Positions 1 through 12,159 are shown, numbered from the stretch's first letter. The stretch: DNA of 64,000 nucleotides from Octopus vulgaris (GCA_951406725.2 OX597823.1:41416001-41480000), one strand, 5' to 3'. Program-made: numbers and translations. The notes: generated by a model not told the origin, from the letters alone.

Positions 1-90
1 TGTGTATATGTCCATGTATATAAATGCACATGTGGGAATCTGCATTTATGTATGTGTTATATTGTTTTGCTTGTTTGTGCTTATATATGC

Positions 91-140
<50 letters not shown>

Positions 141-141
141 G

Positions 142-226
<85 letters not shown>

Positions 227-273
227 GTATATATATATATATGTATATATATGTATATATATATGTGTATATA

Positions 274-310
<37 letters not shown>

Positions 311-332
311 TTATATGTGTATATATATATAT
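91..332. repeat. compound (TG)n/(TA)n microsatellite
   Basis: Directly visible dinucleotide runs; source of the YIYI pseudo-ORFs at 2-434. Confidence 0.97.
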
Positions 333-666
333 AAAGAGGGAGAAAGAGAGAGAGAGAGGAAGAGAGTGGCACAATGCAAAGATGTATGACTTAATGCTAG
401 TCTGATGTAGTGACACTTTGATGTAATCAACCACGCATACTGTGTAACTTCACATGCCCATATTTATGTGTAATGTGGTTAGAAATGGAATGGTACAGAA
501 ACAATTTTAACTAATAATATAGTTCCTCTGAATTAATTCTTCATCTTCTCACGTGTATCTTATATGTGCGTGTGTGTATGTATGTATGTATGCATGTATA
601 TATTTACATATAAATGTATATGTATGTATATATTTATATGTATGCATATATGTATGTGTGTGTGTG

Positions 667-705
<39 letters not shown>

Positions 706-979
706 AAGATTAATACAAACAGCTGCTTGCAACGTTATATCATAAAGGAAAATCATAGTAGTCGAGTAAACTTAACTGAGGGTGTGAATAACACCTACAT
801 TGTTAGAAATAGGAGCTAGAATGCTCCAGTGCTGTTACAAAGCACATAACATATACTCTGACAGGGGTTGCAATCACCTCGATCACCGAACTGAGGATTG
901 CTTAGACTGACCGGTCCATTTTGCCAATGTCCATTGGGCAATTGCAGCCACTATCAGAGTATATATATATATATATATA

Positions 980-1182
980 TATCTGTAAATGTAATATGTG
1001 ACAATTATTCGGTAGCCATGTTAAAACTCCGAGTTTCGGATGCTGGGGTGAGAATCCACACTGCCATCTCTTCAGTTATCCGGCCATCAAATAATTGTCA
1101 CATATTACATTTACAGATAAATTCCTCTATTTACATAATATCGAGGTCTCTTTCATTCTTTTGTTCTCTTACCATTTTTATC

Positions 1183-1183
<1 letters not shown>
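980..1183 (-). mobile_element. Short Penelope-like/retrozyme-like insert in (TA)n with 30-bp perfect inverted repeat and hammerhead core
   Basis: Flanked by (TA)n on both sides; 980-1009 is the exact reverse complement of 1090-1119; minus strand reads CTGAAGA-GATG..CATC-C-GAAA-CTCGGAG-TT. Confidence 0.7.
1010..1089 (-). ncRNA. Type I hammerhead ribozyme motif
   Basis: CUGAAGA (1069-1075), GAAA (1034-1037), stem III ACUC-G-GAGU, cleavage triplet GUU; stem II GAUG/CAUC with one extra C; stem I extended by the 30-bp IR. Confidence 0.7.
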
Positions 1184-1216
<33 letters not shown>

Positions 1217-1251
1217 TCACATGTATGTTTATATATATATATAATCATATA

Positions 1252-1307
<56 letters not shown>

Positions 1308-1324
1308 CACATATATGTGCATAT

Positions 1325-1520
1325 ATTGATTGTTCAATGCGAAAATTAAGGATAGATGAGTGGTTAGTGAGAGCTGTGCAAGCCTTTGGAGATATACTGT
1401 GCTTGAGAAGACCCAGCAAGCTGAATGAGACCATAACTGTGGCCTATGCCAGCACAGCATATCCGGCCTGTTTAAGAGTACCCTTCAATCATTGGGCAAT
1501 GAACTGCAAGAAGACTTAGC
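1325..1520 (+). mobile_element. Internally deleted RTE-clade LINE relic
   Basis: [17 protein letters not shown] (RTE RT segment) joined to [13 protein letters not shown] (same C-terminal AVLEKT motif as the 8675 relic) followed by 3' UTR. Confidence 0.65.
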
Positions 1521-1574
1521 AATAAAGTATTCTGCAGAAGTTATATTTTTTTATATTATTAGTAGATACAGAAA

Positions 1575-1770
1575 GGATTGTTGATTGACAGAACTGTGAG
1601 AGCAGTGGAAAAGATACTGTTTTGGCTCTTTGTTTTTTTTAGTTTGGATTCTGATGAGGTCCTCTTTCCTCTACTATATTGATAAAATAAACTACCAAAT
1701 ACTAAGATCAATGTTTTTAACACATTCTCACCTTTCAAAATACAAGTCTTGTATTTGTATCATAAACAAT
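1575..1770 (+). mobile_element. Degenerate SINE family C copy
   Basis: Diverged match to the family C pattern (gacagaa..gagagca..; gataaaataa..tacca). Confidence 0.5.
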
Positions 1771-2384
1771 TATTAGTTGCCATAGTGATACATTATTAAA
1801 TCATCCATAAATCTACTGATCAAACTCTTGACCCAGTTTTGATTTTCATTCAAAAGCTTATTTATACCATTTTAGTATTGAAATGGCACAGAATATTACA
1901 AATCCAAGACAATGTAAACAAGAAGAAATATTTAAATAAGAAATATACGAAAGCTGCACAAATAATCTCTTCAAGAAATTCCACAACTAAAAATGCTAAG
2001 TTTGACAAACTCTACAGCTACTTGCAACTGAAGATGCAAATATTGCAATGTGTAAGTTATTTTGAGATGACAACAAATCACTTTAACATGTCACAGCATC
2101 TCTTCATAAATCAACGCTTTTGTGGTCACAAATTCAAATGCTGGTTGTCCACTGTCTTTTTAGAAACTCATCTCAGAACATAAAGGAGTGTAATAAAATG
2201 TGATGTCATATTTAACCTGACCTACTACTTCTCTCAATTATGGATGTACAGCTTAAGATGTGAAAAACGAAAGGAAAAAATGAGAGTATGTGTGGTGTTA
2301 ATGGCTTTCTCAAAGACAACTGTGAGTGAATTAAATACAGCCATTTATTCTAACTGTAAATCATAAATTTGTACAATGAAGTAA

Positions 2385-3395
2385 TTGACTGGTGTTTTTT
2401 TTTTATTAACCCAGGAAAGATGAAAAGCAAAATTGACCTCAGTGGAGTTTGAACTCAAAATGCGGAATCAGAACTAATGCCATAGCATTTTTCCCAATGC
2501 TCTAATCATTCTGCCAGCTTACCAACTTAATAGTTTCTGATTTAGGTATAGTGCAGCAATTTTGAGGGGAAGTAATGAATCAAAACCATCGGACATGGTA
2601 TTTGAATAGCTCTTTTATTTATTGGTCTAAGGAGGATGAAATGCAAGGTTGACTTTGGTGAGATTTGAACTAAGGATATAAAGAACTGGAAGATATACTA
2701 CAAGGCTTGTCTTTCGCTGTTTTATGATTTCACCATTTGACCATCCTGTATAATAATGATTTTAAATTTTAGCACAAAGCCAAGAATCTTGAGGGTGGGG
2801 TGTTAGTCACTTATACATGAAGGGGTGCTGGAATGTTCCTGGCTTTAAAGGTATTGTGAAAGGCTTGACTCGAGGCCCATCCTTTTACAGGCTTAGAAAA
2901 CCTGAAGGACCACTGCAATAAGTCTGTGAATCTGAGAGGGGAATATGTTGAATAAAATCATAGTTAACTGATCCTCCAGCATCTTCTTTTACCCAAGGCC
3001 AGGAACTTTTCAGTATCCCCTTGTAGATTCTAGTACTCAACTGGTACCTTATTTTATCAATGATTGAAGTCAAAGTTGATCATGTGGGTATTCGAACTCA
3101 AACATAACAAGTTGGAAGAAATATCAGAAATGATTTTTCTGATGTACCAACAGTTCTGCCAGCTCACAGCCTTGATCAAATCTACCATAGGTACAAGGCC
3201 TGAAAGTGGAGAAGATGGTTTGTTGAAATCATTGACCCCAGTATTTTACTAGTACTTATTTTATTAACCTCATAAAGATGAAAGGCAAAGCCAACCTTTA
3301 TGGTATTTGAACTCTGAAGAGAAAAAAGCAGAAAGAAATACTGTTAAGTATTTTATCTAATGTGCTAGCAATGCTGCCAGCTCACCAGCTTAATA
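2385..3395 (-). mobile_element. Head-to-tail array of about four SINE family C copies
   Basis: Repeated unit with ctggtacttattttat..aaaggatgaaaggcaaag..tttgaactc..ctgccagct about every 210-220 bp. Confidence 0.85.
2816..3025 (+). mobile_element. Tc1/mariner-derived MITE nested in a family C SINE
   Basis: TIRs catgaaggggtgctggaatgttcctggc / gccaggaacttttcagtatccccttgta; internal GLENLKDHCNKSVNLRGEYVE* (2890-2955) resembles a mariner transposase C-terminus; host SINE resumes at 3026. Confidence 0.85.
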
Positions 3396-3874
3396 ATAGT
3401 AATAAAAAAACAATAATAATAATGATATTTTTGTATATAAGTATGAAGCTTTATACATTAGTGCAAGAAGTAAATGAATTGTATTAGACATTTATACCTT
3501 TCTAAATAGTATTAAAGATGTGAGTAAAAACATTCTTAATACCATGCACTTTAAAATGGTAAAGTGGAAGGAAGTCGTTCAATCATTTGATTGCTGTATA
3601 TTCCAAGAATTTATTTTATTGATTTTTGTAAAGTTGATAGGCAATTCAGACCTCTTTTGCGAGGTAAGTAGAGTCAAGACTTTCTACAAACGTAATATTA
3701 CTTGTTGGTAGCTTCAAACTCACAAATGCAGAGCGGAACAAGAAATTGGGTATTGTGTTTATTTTAATTCTTTCTCTTTTGTAATGATTTACAACAACAA
3801 CAACCACAATAATAATAATAATAATAATGATAATAATTTAACGTCCACTAATAATAATAATAATAATAACAATA

Positions 3875-4350
3875 AAAATTTCAAATTTTGGAACAAGGTC
3901 AGCAGTTTTGGGGGATGAATATAATCAGTTACATTGACCCCAGGGCTCAACTGGTACTTATTTCATTGTCCCCATAAGAATGAATGGCAAAGGCAACCAT
4001 AGCAGGATTTGAACTCAGAATGTAAAGATGGACAAAATGCTGCTAAACATTTTGCCCGGCATGCTAACAATTTTGCTAACAAGAGCAACAACAAGAACAA
4101 CAATAATAATGATAATGATCATAATAATGGTAACTGTTTCTAACTTGGCACAAAGCCAGAAATGTTAAGGGCAATGGGGAAGTTGATTACATTATCTCCA
4201 GTATTTGATTGGTACTTATTTTATTGACCCTGATGCATTGAAAAGGAAACTTCACCATGACACTCTTGAAACTCGGATGTAAAGAGCTGTAAAGAGATGT
4301 AAAGAAAAGCTGCAAAGCATTTAGTCTAGTGCACTGTTGTTGAATCTGCC
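3875..4350 (-). mobile_element. Two tandem SINE family C copies separated by (AAT)n-like spacer
   Basis: Same unit as 2385-3395 and 35090-35592. Confidence 0.85.

Positions 4351-4411
<61 letters not shown>
4351..4411. repeat. (AGT)n microsatellite
   Basis: Directly visible. Confidence 0.97.
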
Positions 4412-4420
4412 TTGAATATC

Positions 4421-4690
4421 AAAGAAATTGAGAAATATCAGTATCTAGCAAGAAAGACAAAGTGATTGGGGAAGAGTAAACTGATAATTATTCATTGTAA
4501 ATGGTGCACTTGGCACCCCATCCAAACTGCTACATAAGAATCTGAAAGATTTTGGAATTGAGACTTGTTGACTGGCAGAAAAATGCTATCTCATATTCTG
4601 CAAGAATCTTAAGAAAGATTCTCGAGATTGAAGATCAAGACTTGCTGTCAGCAAACCACAAGACAACAACCCTGCTAATGAGAGTTGCAC
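4421..4690 (+). mobile_element. 3' end relic of an R4/Dong-type (restriction-like endonuclease) non-LTR retrotransposon
   Basis: Frameshifted translation KEIEKYQYLAR..IVNGALGTPSKLLHKNLKDFGIET..QKNAISYSARILRKILEI matches the EKxEKYxDL / PIVxGALG / QKxxLLxxARILRKVL C-terminal motifs. Confidence 0.8.
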
Positions 4691-4709
4691 GTAATAGTTT
4701 ATTACATTG

Positions 4710-4878
4710 ATTAGTTGATTACATTGACCACAGTACTTAACTGATACCTTATTTTATCAAACCTTGAGTGAACGCAAAGTTGCTCTCCATGAGAATTGAA
4801 CTTGGGAGACATAAAGAGTCAGAAGAAATACTACAATGCCTTTTTTTCCAATGTTCTAACAATTCTGTCTGATATCAC

Positions 4879-4930
<52 letters not shown>

Positions 4931-5150
4931 CTCTTCTACTATAGGTGCAAGGCCTGAAATTTTGGGGGAGAGGACTAGTCAGTTACATTGAGCCCCACCC
5001 TCCACCAGTGTTTCACTGGTACTTAATTTATCAAACCCTGAAAGGCTAAAAGGCAAAGTCAACTTTGCCTTTCAGAACATAAAGAATAATAATATCAGAC
5101 GGGTAGTCATAATGGGTACATTAGGTTTCATATATTTGTACCTCAGTGTC

Positions 5151-5182
<32 letters not shown>

Positions 5183-5372
5183 CTTTTCTTCAATAGGCAC
5201 AGGACCTGATAATGGAATGGGGGCTAGTCAATAACATTGATGCAATAAAATAACTGCCTTTCATTTTTTTGAGGACAATTCTGCAGCAGAATTTGATCTT
5301 CGATTCTTAAGACAGACAAAATGCCACTAAGCATTCTGTTAAACATGCTAATGATTCTGCTAACTCACTACC
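4710..5372 (-). mobile_element. SINE family C array (three copies) with (AAT)n spacers
   Basis: Units at about 4710-4880, 4930-5085, 5180-5372, separated by (AAT)n. Confidence 0.8.
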
Positions 5373-5757
5373 CTATATAATAATAATAATAATAAGGATG
5401 AACTTATTGTTTACAGTACTCAGGAGAACAACTGTTTGAGGACAAAAGTTAAAAGTGGGGACAAAAGACAGCCATAAATGAAGTAAAAGAAGACGGCAAT
5501 GAAAGCTAGAAATGCATCTTACAGCACAGAGAATAAAACAAAATGACAGCAAAATTAATGTCAAAAGAGCTATAATGAGGGAAGGGTACATAAGTATGTC
5601 AGGAGTCAGGAGTAGTATTGGTGAATTTCAGAAAGCATGGAAATTTTAAACATGCAGTATCCTGACAGATAACTATTGATATAGGTAGTTTATTCCATGT
5701 TTCAAAATTTTTGTGCACAAAAAAAAAGAAAAATTTCTGTTCTTTTAACATCATTAA

Positions 5758-5978
5758 CCCATTTGTTACCAACCCAGCTGAAACCAGCTCTGGGCCTGTA
5801 GTGCAAATGTCTTGTTTTCATAAGTTTTGAATTAAAATCTTCCACCAAACCTGAGTCACAATTTATGTTCCTAACACTAACTTAATGATAACTAAGTTAT
5901 TTTACTAAATTCTTTGTTATATTTAAAGTAATTGAAAGAAACACAAAGCATCTCAAAATAAATACTGTAACGAAAGGG
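5758..5978 (+). mobile_element. piggyBac-type MITE
   Basis: TTAA on both sides (5754-5757, 5979-5982); TIRs CCCATTTGTTAC / GTAACGAAAGGG; related inverted copies at about 8290 and 36385. Confidence 0.85.
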
Positions 5979-7303
5979 TTAAACTTCAGATATAACTACC
6001 TTGTGATGTTTATGCTTTTTCATAAGGATTAAGCAGTGTAAAAAAAAAATACCTCTAACAAGAAATAAAAACTAGAACACTGATTACCTTATAAGGAAAA
6101 TTTTATATGAAGAACAACAAATGGGAAAACAATTGGGTTATGAAAGAAACTGTTATTGTAAGAAAGTATTGAGAAGAGCAAGTGGGGGTGAGAGTTAAAG
6201 GATGGCAGCGGCTGTATTCTGGACCCAACCCAAGCCCCTGTCCTAATTCTTTGTTCATAGCAACATCCCCCACCTCACTGCTGCTGCCAGGTCTAGGTCA
6301 TTGTAGAAATGATACTAGTGTGTGTCTATATAACAACTATATATAGAAAACTTTGCTACTAATATGATTCTATGACATCCTTTTGGCTTTGAGTTTACCA
6401 AAAAAATAAAACAAAATAAATATATATACATATATATATAAAATATATGGAAAAGAAACAAAATCGAAGTAACAAATTTAATTTGGCACAGTAGCACCAC
6501 TATCATCCCCCATCATCGACCCAATACGGTTGCCAACACTCACCTTGAAACCACTATAAACTCAAACTCTACCACTACCACCACAACTATTATTTCAATT
6601 GCAAACAATATTGAGGCACACCACACTCCCTTTCCCCATTACTGACATGAGCCCACACCACCACCACCACCACCACAAGCATCACTTAAACTCACATTAT
6701 CAGTAACACCATGCCTACCACAACTGAGACTGATAGCACCAAAACCATTACCATTACACCTCCGCTATGATAGCCTGAACCTCCCTGTCATTGCCATTCC
6801 AACCCCCAGCAACATGCCACTAGCTAAATGTCCACTAACATAGACTCCAACACCATCTCTCATATTACTGACAACTTTATTATGACCTCCCTGCCTTACT
6901 ATCCCCACCAAAATTTACAAAATCCCTATTATTGCTATTATAACAATCTATCTTCACCAAAACTACTGCGCTGTCACCACCACTTACAACCAGTAACAGC
7001 AACACTTACATCTATCTCAGCTACTCTCCCCACCCAAGTACCACCATCAGGTACAATAATATATTTATCCTTGTAACATCCACTGCCATTAGCGTTGCCC
7101 ACACCAAAACTACCACCACTTTCCTCTCACTTTCATCTCCTATATCAGTATCAACATCACTGCCACACCCACTACGACCCCAACCAAAACCAATAAACCA
7201 CCATCTCCTTTCCCATTACTTTATAAAGTTTCATCATCATCATTATCATCATCATTATCGAGTGAGAGAGCAGTGCATGCCATCATCATCATCATCATCA
7301 TCA

Positions 7304-7338
<35 letters not shown>

Positions 7339-7346
7339 GTTATTTT

Positions 7347-7425
7347 TTGTTTTCTTTTTGGTTCTTCATCATAATGTCTGATAGAATTTGGCAAGCTACC
7401 AGTCTGGTTGGTGAACTGTTTTCCT
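7347..7425 (-). mobile_element. R4/Dong-type endonuclease fragment
   Basis: Minus strand SDIMMKNQKET resembles the (R)PDIVxKDxKE motif; abuts (TTA)n. Confidence 0.4.
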
Positions 7426-7854
7426 CCCTTTTTTTCAGGAAATGCTGTCTATTATTTACTCTGCTACTTTATTCTGCTGATTATTACCGAAATCTTAAAC
7501 ACTTGAGCTTTTTCATCTCTGTTGCTTTTCAAATAATCGACTTTAATTGTAATCATAGATTTGTGTAGTACCGAAAATGTTCTCCTCTCTCTACACATAT
7601 TTTGTTTACCAATACTTGTCTCTCTTACACTCTTACTATTCTATTGTGATCATCTCTTGTTATCAATCAGTTTGTCTGTTTGTTTCCCTCTCGGTAACCC
7701 TCCTTCCAAATGGCTTGGGCTGTTTGATCTTGTATTTCAGCAGTTCTCAAGTCAGGTTGTGTGTATCCCTAAAGGTACACTAGAGAAAATGCAGAGGTAT
7801 GCAAGGTTTGGAAAAACTTCTGGAGTTTCAAAGTAATCTCAACCAATAAAGCAC

Positions 7855-8088
7855 CATTTGAGCGTGGCCGTTGCCAGTACCACCTAACTGGCCCTCGTGC
7901 CGGTTGCACGTAAAAGCACCCACTGCACTCTCGAAGTGGTTGGCGTTAGGAAGGTCATCCAGCTGTAGAAACTCTGCCAGATCAGATTGGAGTCTGGTGC
8001 AGCCATCTGTTTCACCAGACCTCAGTCAAATCGTCCAACCCATGTTAGCATGGAAAGCAGATGTTAAATGATGATTTTGATGATGATG
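7855..8088 (+). mobile_element. Repeat family B (RTE 3'-UTR-like/SINE) with (GAT)n tail
   Basis: gcacgtaaaagcaccc..ggcgttaggaagg(t)catccagctgtagaaac..ccatg(t)tagcatggaaa..gttaaatgatga; reverse complement of 24817 and 52581 copies. Confidence 0.85.
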
Positions 8089-8289
8089 TGTATTTTTGAT
8101 GATGATGTGTATTTGGCTGTTCTCATCTATTTATCATTGCAAACACAGATTTTGAACAATGTTTATAACCAAAACCAAATTTCAAGCAAGACTTCCAACT
8201 GACAACATTGTTATTCTTCCTTGCTGAAACTGTGTCAAGACTTGAGTTATTTGTTTGAAAGATCCAGGCTAATTCATCCTTGTTAGGAT

Positions 8290-8506
8290 TTTGTTACCAT
8301 ATTTCAATTGAAACATACTGCTGTGTTTCAACAATTCTGAAAATAGTGAAGAATTTAGTAAAATAATTGTCATTATTAAATTAACATCTGGAACATAAAT
8401 TAACATGGATTTTTTTTTAATGGAGCGTTTTAATTTAGAATCATTTTAAAACAATGTTTGTAACATAGAGCCAAGCAAAGTCTAGGTGGGTTGGTATCGA
8501 AAAGAT
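8290..8506 (-). mobile_element. Degenerate piggyBac MITE copy
   Basis: Reverse-complement similarity to 5758-5978 (gaatttagtaaaataa, ggaacataaatt, gggttggta). Confidence 0.7.
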
Positions 8507-8674
8507 AAGCCTGTAACACCAAATCAAATAAAATTATATTTTACATAGATTCAAAGTCAGATATTTTTGGAGAGGTAACAGGCAATTATATCAAATACCA
8601 GTGTTTGACTGATACTTTATTTTATTAATCCCAGAAGGATGAAAGGCTTGCATGTATGGATGACCATAATTTGA

Positions 8675-9052
8675 CTTAGTTTGACATGTCTTCTCAAGCA
8701 CAGCAAATCGCCAGGAGTCTTTAGCCTGTGTCATCTCCTACTGTGAGGTTCAACGTCTGATGATCAGTTTTCACCACATTGTTCCACGTCCTCCTGGGTC
8801 TACTCCTTCCACAGATTCCCTCTACAAGTTGAGATTGGCACTTCTTTATGCAGCTGTTCTCATCTATATGCATTACATGACCATGCCAATGCAATCTTCT
8901 CGCGCATTATATCTGATGCCGTTTATATCCAATTTTTCTCTTAAATCTTTTTCTCATTTTGTCATACATGCACACTGATATTACCCATCCAGCAGGGCAT
9001 ACTGGCTTTATTTCTTTCAAGCCTTCATATATCCCCCGTAATTACAGCCCAT
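8675..9052 (-). mobile_element. 5'-truncated RTE-clade LINE 3' end
   Basis: Minus translation RLERNKASM..W..LREKLDI..VEGICGRSRPRRTWNNVVKTD..WRFAVLEKT, the typical RTE C-terminus (GRPRKTW..DR..WR). Confidence 0.85.
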
Positions 9053-9156
9053 GCATGCACATGCACGCGCACACACACAAGTGAGTAAAGAAGCCGAAGT
9101 AGCACACAGCATATACAGTTTAAGTTGTATTTATTGGATAATGCATACACACATGC

Positions 9157-9488
9157 ATTTGACTGTAGCCATACTGGAGCACTAACCTTCGTCGAACAAA
9201 CTGACCCCAGGACTTATTCTTTGTAAGCCCAGTGCATATTCTATTGGTCTCTTTTGCTGAACTGCTAAGTTACGGGGACTACACTCTCATATACACATAT
9301 ATATATATATATATATAAATACAAACGACAGGCTTCTTTCAGTTTCTGTCTTCCAAATCCACTCACAAGGCTTTGGTCAGCACAAGGCTATAGTAGAAGA
9401 CACTTGCTCAAGGTGCCATGTGGTGGGACTGAACCAGGAGACACGTGGTTGGTAAACAAGCTACTTACCACACACCCACTCCTGCACC
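9157..9488 (-). mobile_element. tRNA-headed SINE family A
   Basis: Matches 62963-63370 and reverse complement of 25171-25641. Confidence 0.9.
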
Positions 9489-9514
9489 TATGTTGTTCAA
9501 TATATGTATATAAT

Positions 9515-9551
<37 letters not shown>

Positions 9552-10602
9552 CACACATGCACACCCATCAACCCATGCCAGCATGAAAAGCAGACGTTAA
9601 ATGATGATGATGACATACACATGTGTGGGTGCACATGTTAGTTTACTTTTGCACCTTTGCTAAAGCTTGGGAGTGACAAACCGGTGGTGTTATCATTCCT
9701 TCCCTTAACTAATTATCTTCTAAATTTGCACTTAAGAAAACGAGTGACATAAGTGAGCCCTTATTTGGAAACTAGTTAAGGAAGGACAGCTAGCTATGAA
9801 AAATCATTGCCTTGGTAATATATTCTTCTAACCTATGCTAGCATGAAGAAGAAAGACATGTAAAAATGAATGAGCAGATGAAAAAAACACAACACCGTAA
9901 TCATGATATGGTTAATAATCTGGAAAATCATATCACATATCTCACAATTGCTACTTCCTGGTTCACTTCCTTGATCTAGTTAGTTTTTTCTGTTCGTGAT
10001 TAAATATAGCGTCTCTAGAATCTGAAAAAAAATTTTACTGGAAGAGAAAATAAAATAATTAAAATATGTTCTTATTCTTAATTTGGAATCATTGTGTGAT
10101 TTTAATCCACTAAGAATGAATTTTCTACATGGTTTACCAATCCATTATTGAGGTAAATCAGATTGGTGCGGCAAAAATATAAACATGCAATCGTATTAGA
10201 AATTGTCTTGTGTCAGTCAGCAGCTTCCCTTCTTTAACTAGCTTTCTATAAACATTTGATGGAATTTTGTATCCACCTCATTAGACAGCCACTCTCTGTT
10301 ATGTCCTGGAGCTGTAACATATTATTTCTGAGACAAATAGAGGAATTTCACATAAAAAAAATAACCTAATTTAAGAAATTGAATCTGTATGATGAATCTA
10401 GATGAATCTAGTTAAAATAATCTATGGTATATAAATATTTTAGGTGTACATATGTGTCTGCATTTTTTGTTTGAAAATATACAAAATTTTGTGTATTTAA
10501 AAGTGGAATTTTGTGTGTGTTAATAAACATAATATAAATGTGGGTTTATGTTACTTCAGTGTATTGTAGATATGAGTCTATGTGTGTGTGTGTATATATA
10601 TA

Positions 10603-10978
10603 TTTTACTTGTTTCAGTCATTTAATTGTTGCCATGTTGGAGCACCACCTTGTAGGAGTTTTAGTTGAAAATACTGACTCCAGGACTTATTTCTGAAGCC
10701 TAGTACTTATTCTGTTGGTCTCTTTTGCTGAACTGTTAAGTTATGGGGACATAAACACACCAACACCTGTTGTCAAGTGAGGAGACAATCAAAAACACAC
10801 ACACATATGTATATATATGATGGACTTCTTTCAGTTTCCATCTTCCAAACCCACTCGTAGGGCTTTGGCCAGCCTGAGGTTATAGTAAAAGACACTTGCC
10901 CAAGGTGCCACATAGTGAGACTGAACCCGGAACCATGTGGTTAAAAAGCAGGCTTCTTACCACACAACCATAACTGCA
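10603..10978 (-). mobile_element. tRNA-headed SINE family A, full length
   Basis: ttttacttgtttcagtcatt..gacacttgcccaaggtgcc..ctgaacccggaaccatgtggtt. Confidence 0.9.
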
Positions 10979-11078
10979 TTTATATATATGCATACACACT
11001 CACACATATAAGTCATGCATAGATACTTAGGTACATATATACATTACATTAGATACTTTACATAAATGTATTAGCCAC

Positions 11079-11225
11079 AGGCATGAATGTGTGGTTAACA
11101 GGTTTTCTTCCTAATATCATGGTTTTAAGTTCAATCACACTGAACATGCATCTTCTATTATAGCCCAGAGCCAACCAAAACCATATGAGAGTATTTGGTG
11201 GAGGAAACTGAAAGAAGCTCATCAT
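11079..11225 (+). mobile_element. SINE family A 5' half
   Basis: ggcatgaatgtgtggttaa..tcttctattatagcc..aaactgaaagaagc. Confidence 0.7.
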
Positions 11226-11841
11226 GTATCAGTGTATATATATATACACATATGTGTGTGTGTGTGTTTAAGTGTACACCCACATACATATATGTACTAG
11301 TGTTTTCTATTACAACTCTGGGCCTTGGTCATCCCAGGGCTGTAGTTGAAAACACTTGCCCAACATGCTACTGTAGGACTGAACTTGAGACCATGTAGTT
11401 GGAAGCAAGCTGTCAGCCACACATTCATTCCTGTGCACTGACCATTAATCCAGCAGAAATTTTGATTGGTTTAGAATGATTAATATCCTGAAATCTAAAC
11501 AACAAGGCAGTCCTAAGAACATTAATGTGAAATTGCATGAAAAAGTATGCATGTTGAAGTAATGAACTCCCTTATGGTTCATGGATATTATAAATAATAT
11601 TCAATAATATCCTATAGATGTGGTGGGGTAGTCCCATAAAATACATGTCATGTTGAAACATATGTAGTAATACATTAATAAAAATATAAAAATCTCCATC
11701 CATGAAATATTTCTCATTATCATAATTATTATTATAAAATACACACACACACATACACACACACATACTGATTATCTTTGGCCTTTTTGCTATGGGAAGT
11801 ACATCATCACTTTCTCCAGTTTCTCAGCTTCTCACAGTAAA

Positions 11842-12038
11842 TCATTTGTTGCAGTGAGACAATCTATTTTTGGTAAAACAGCATTGGATTGCTACATCTT
11901 CAATACTTAATGTTTGTTAGTGCTTTAGTGCACAGTGCTAAATTCGGTGACAGAACTGAAGTTACTAAATGCTGCTACACCAAAAGTAGATTGCCTCAAT
12001 GCAACTGATGACCTAACGGGAGAGATGCAATTCTTGAG
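11842..12038 (+). mobile_element. Fold-back element with degenerate hammerhead (Penelope-like relic)
   Basis: Imperfect 44-bp IR 11842-11885/11968-12011; CTGATGA-CC-TAAC-GG-GAGA..TTC-TTG at 12005-12036. Confidence 0.5.
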
Positions 12039-12047
12039 TATGCATGA

Positions 12048-12159
<112 letters not shown>

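Noticed and set aside
2-434. 100+ aa ORFs (YIYI..., also many similar ORFs throughout the track)
   Set aside because: Translations of stop-free dinucleotide microsatellites; no protein signal
706-960. Unique insert between (TA)n tracts with CTGACAG..hairpin
   Set aside because: Probably another mobile fragment, but no complete hammerhead core or coding motif could be read
1839-2183. 114-aa ORF and CTGAAGA-TGCAA..TTGCA hairpin at about 2028
   Set aside because: No recognisable domain; hairpin is not followed by GAAA
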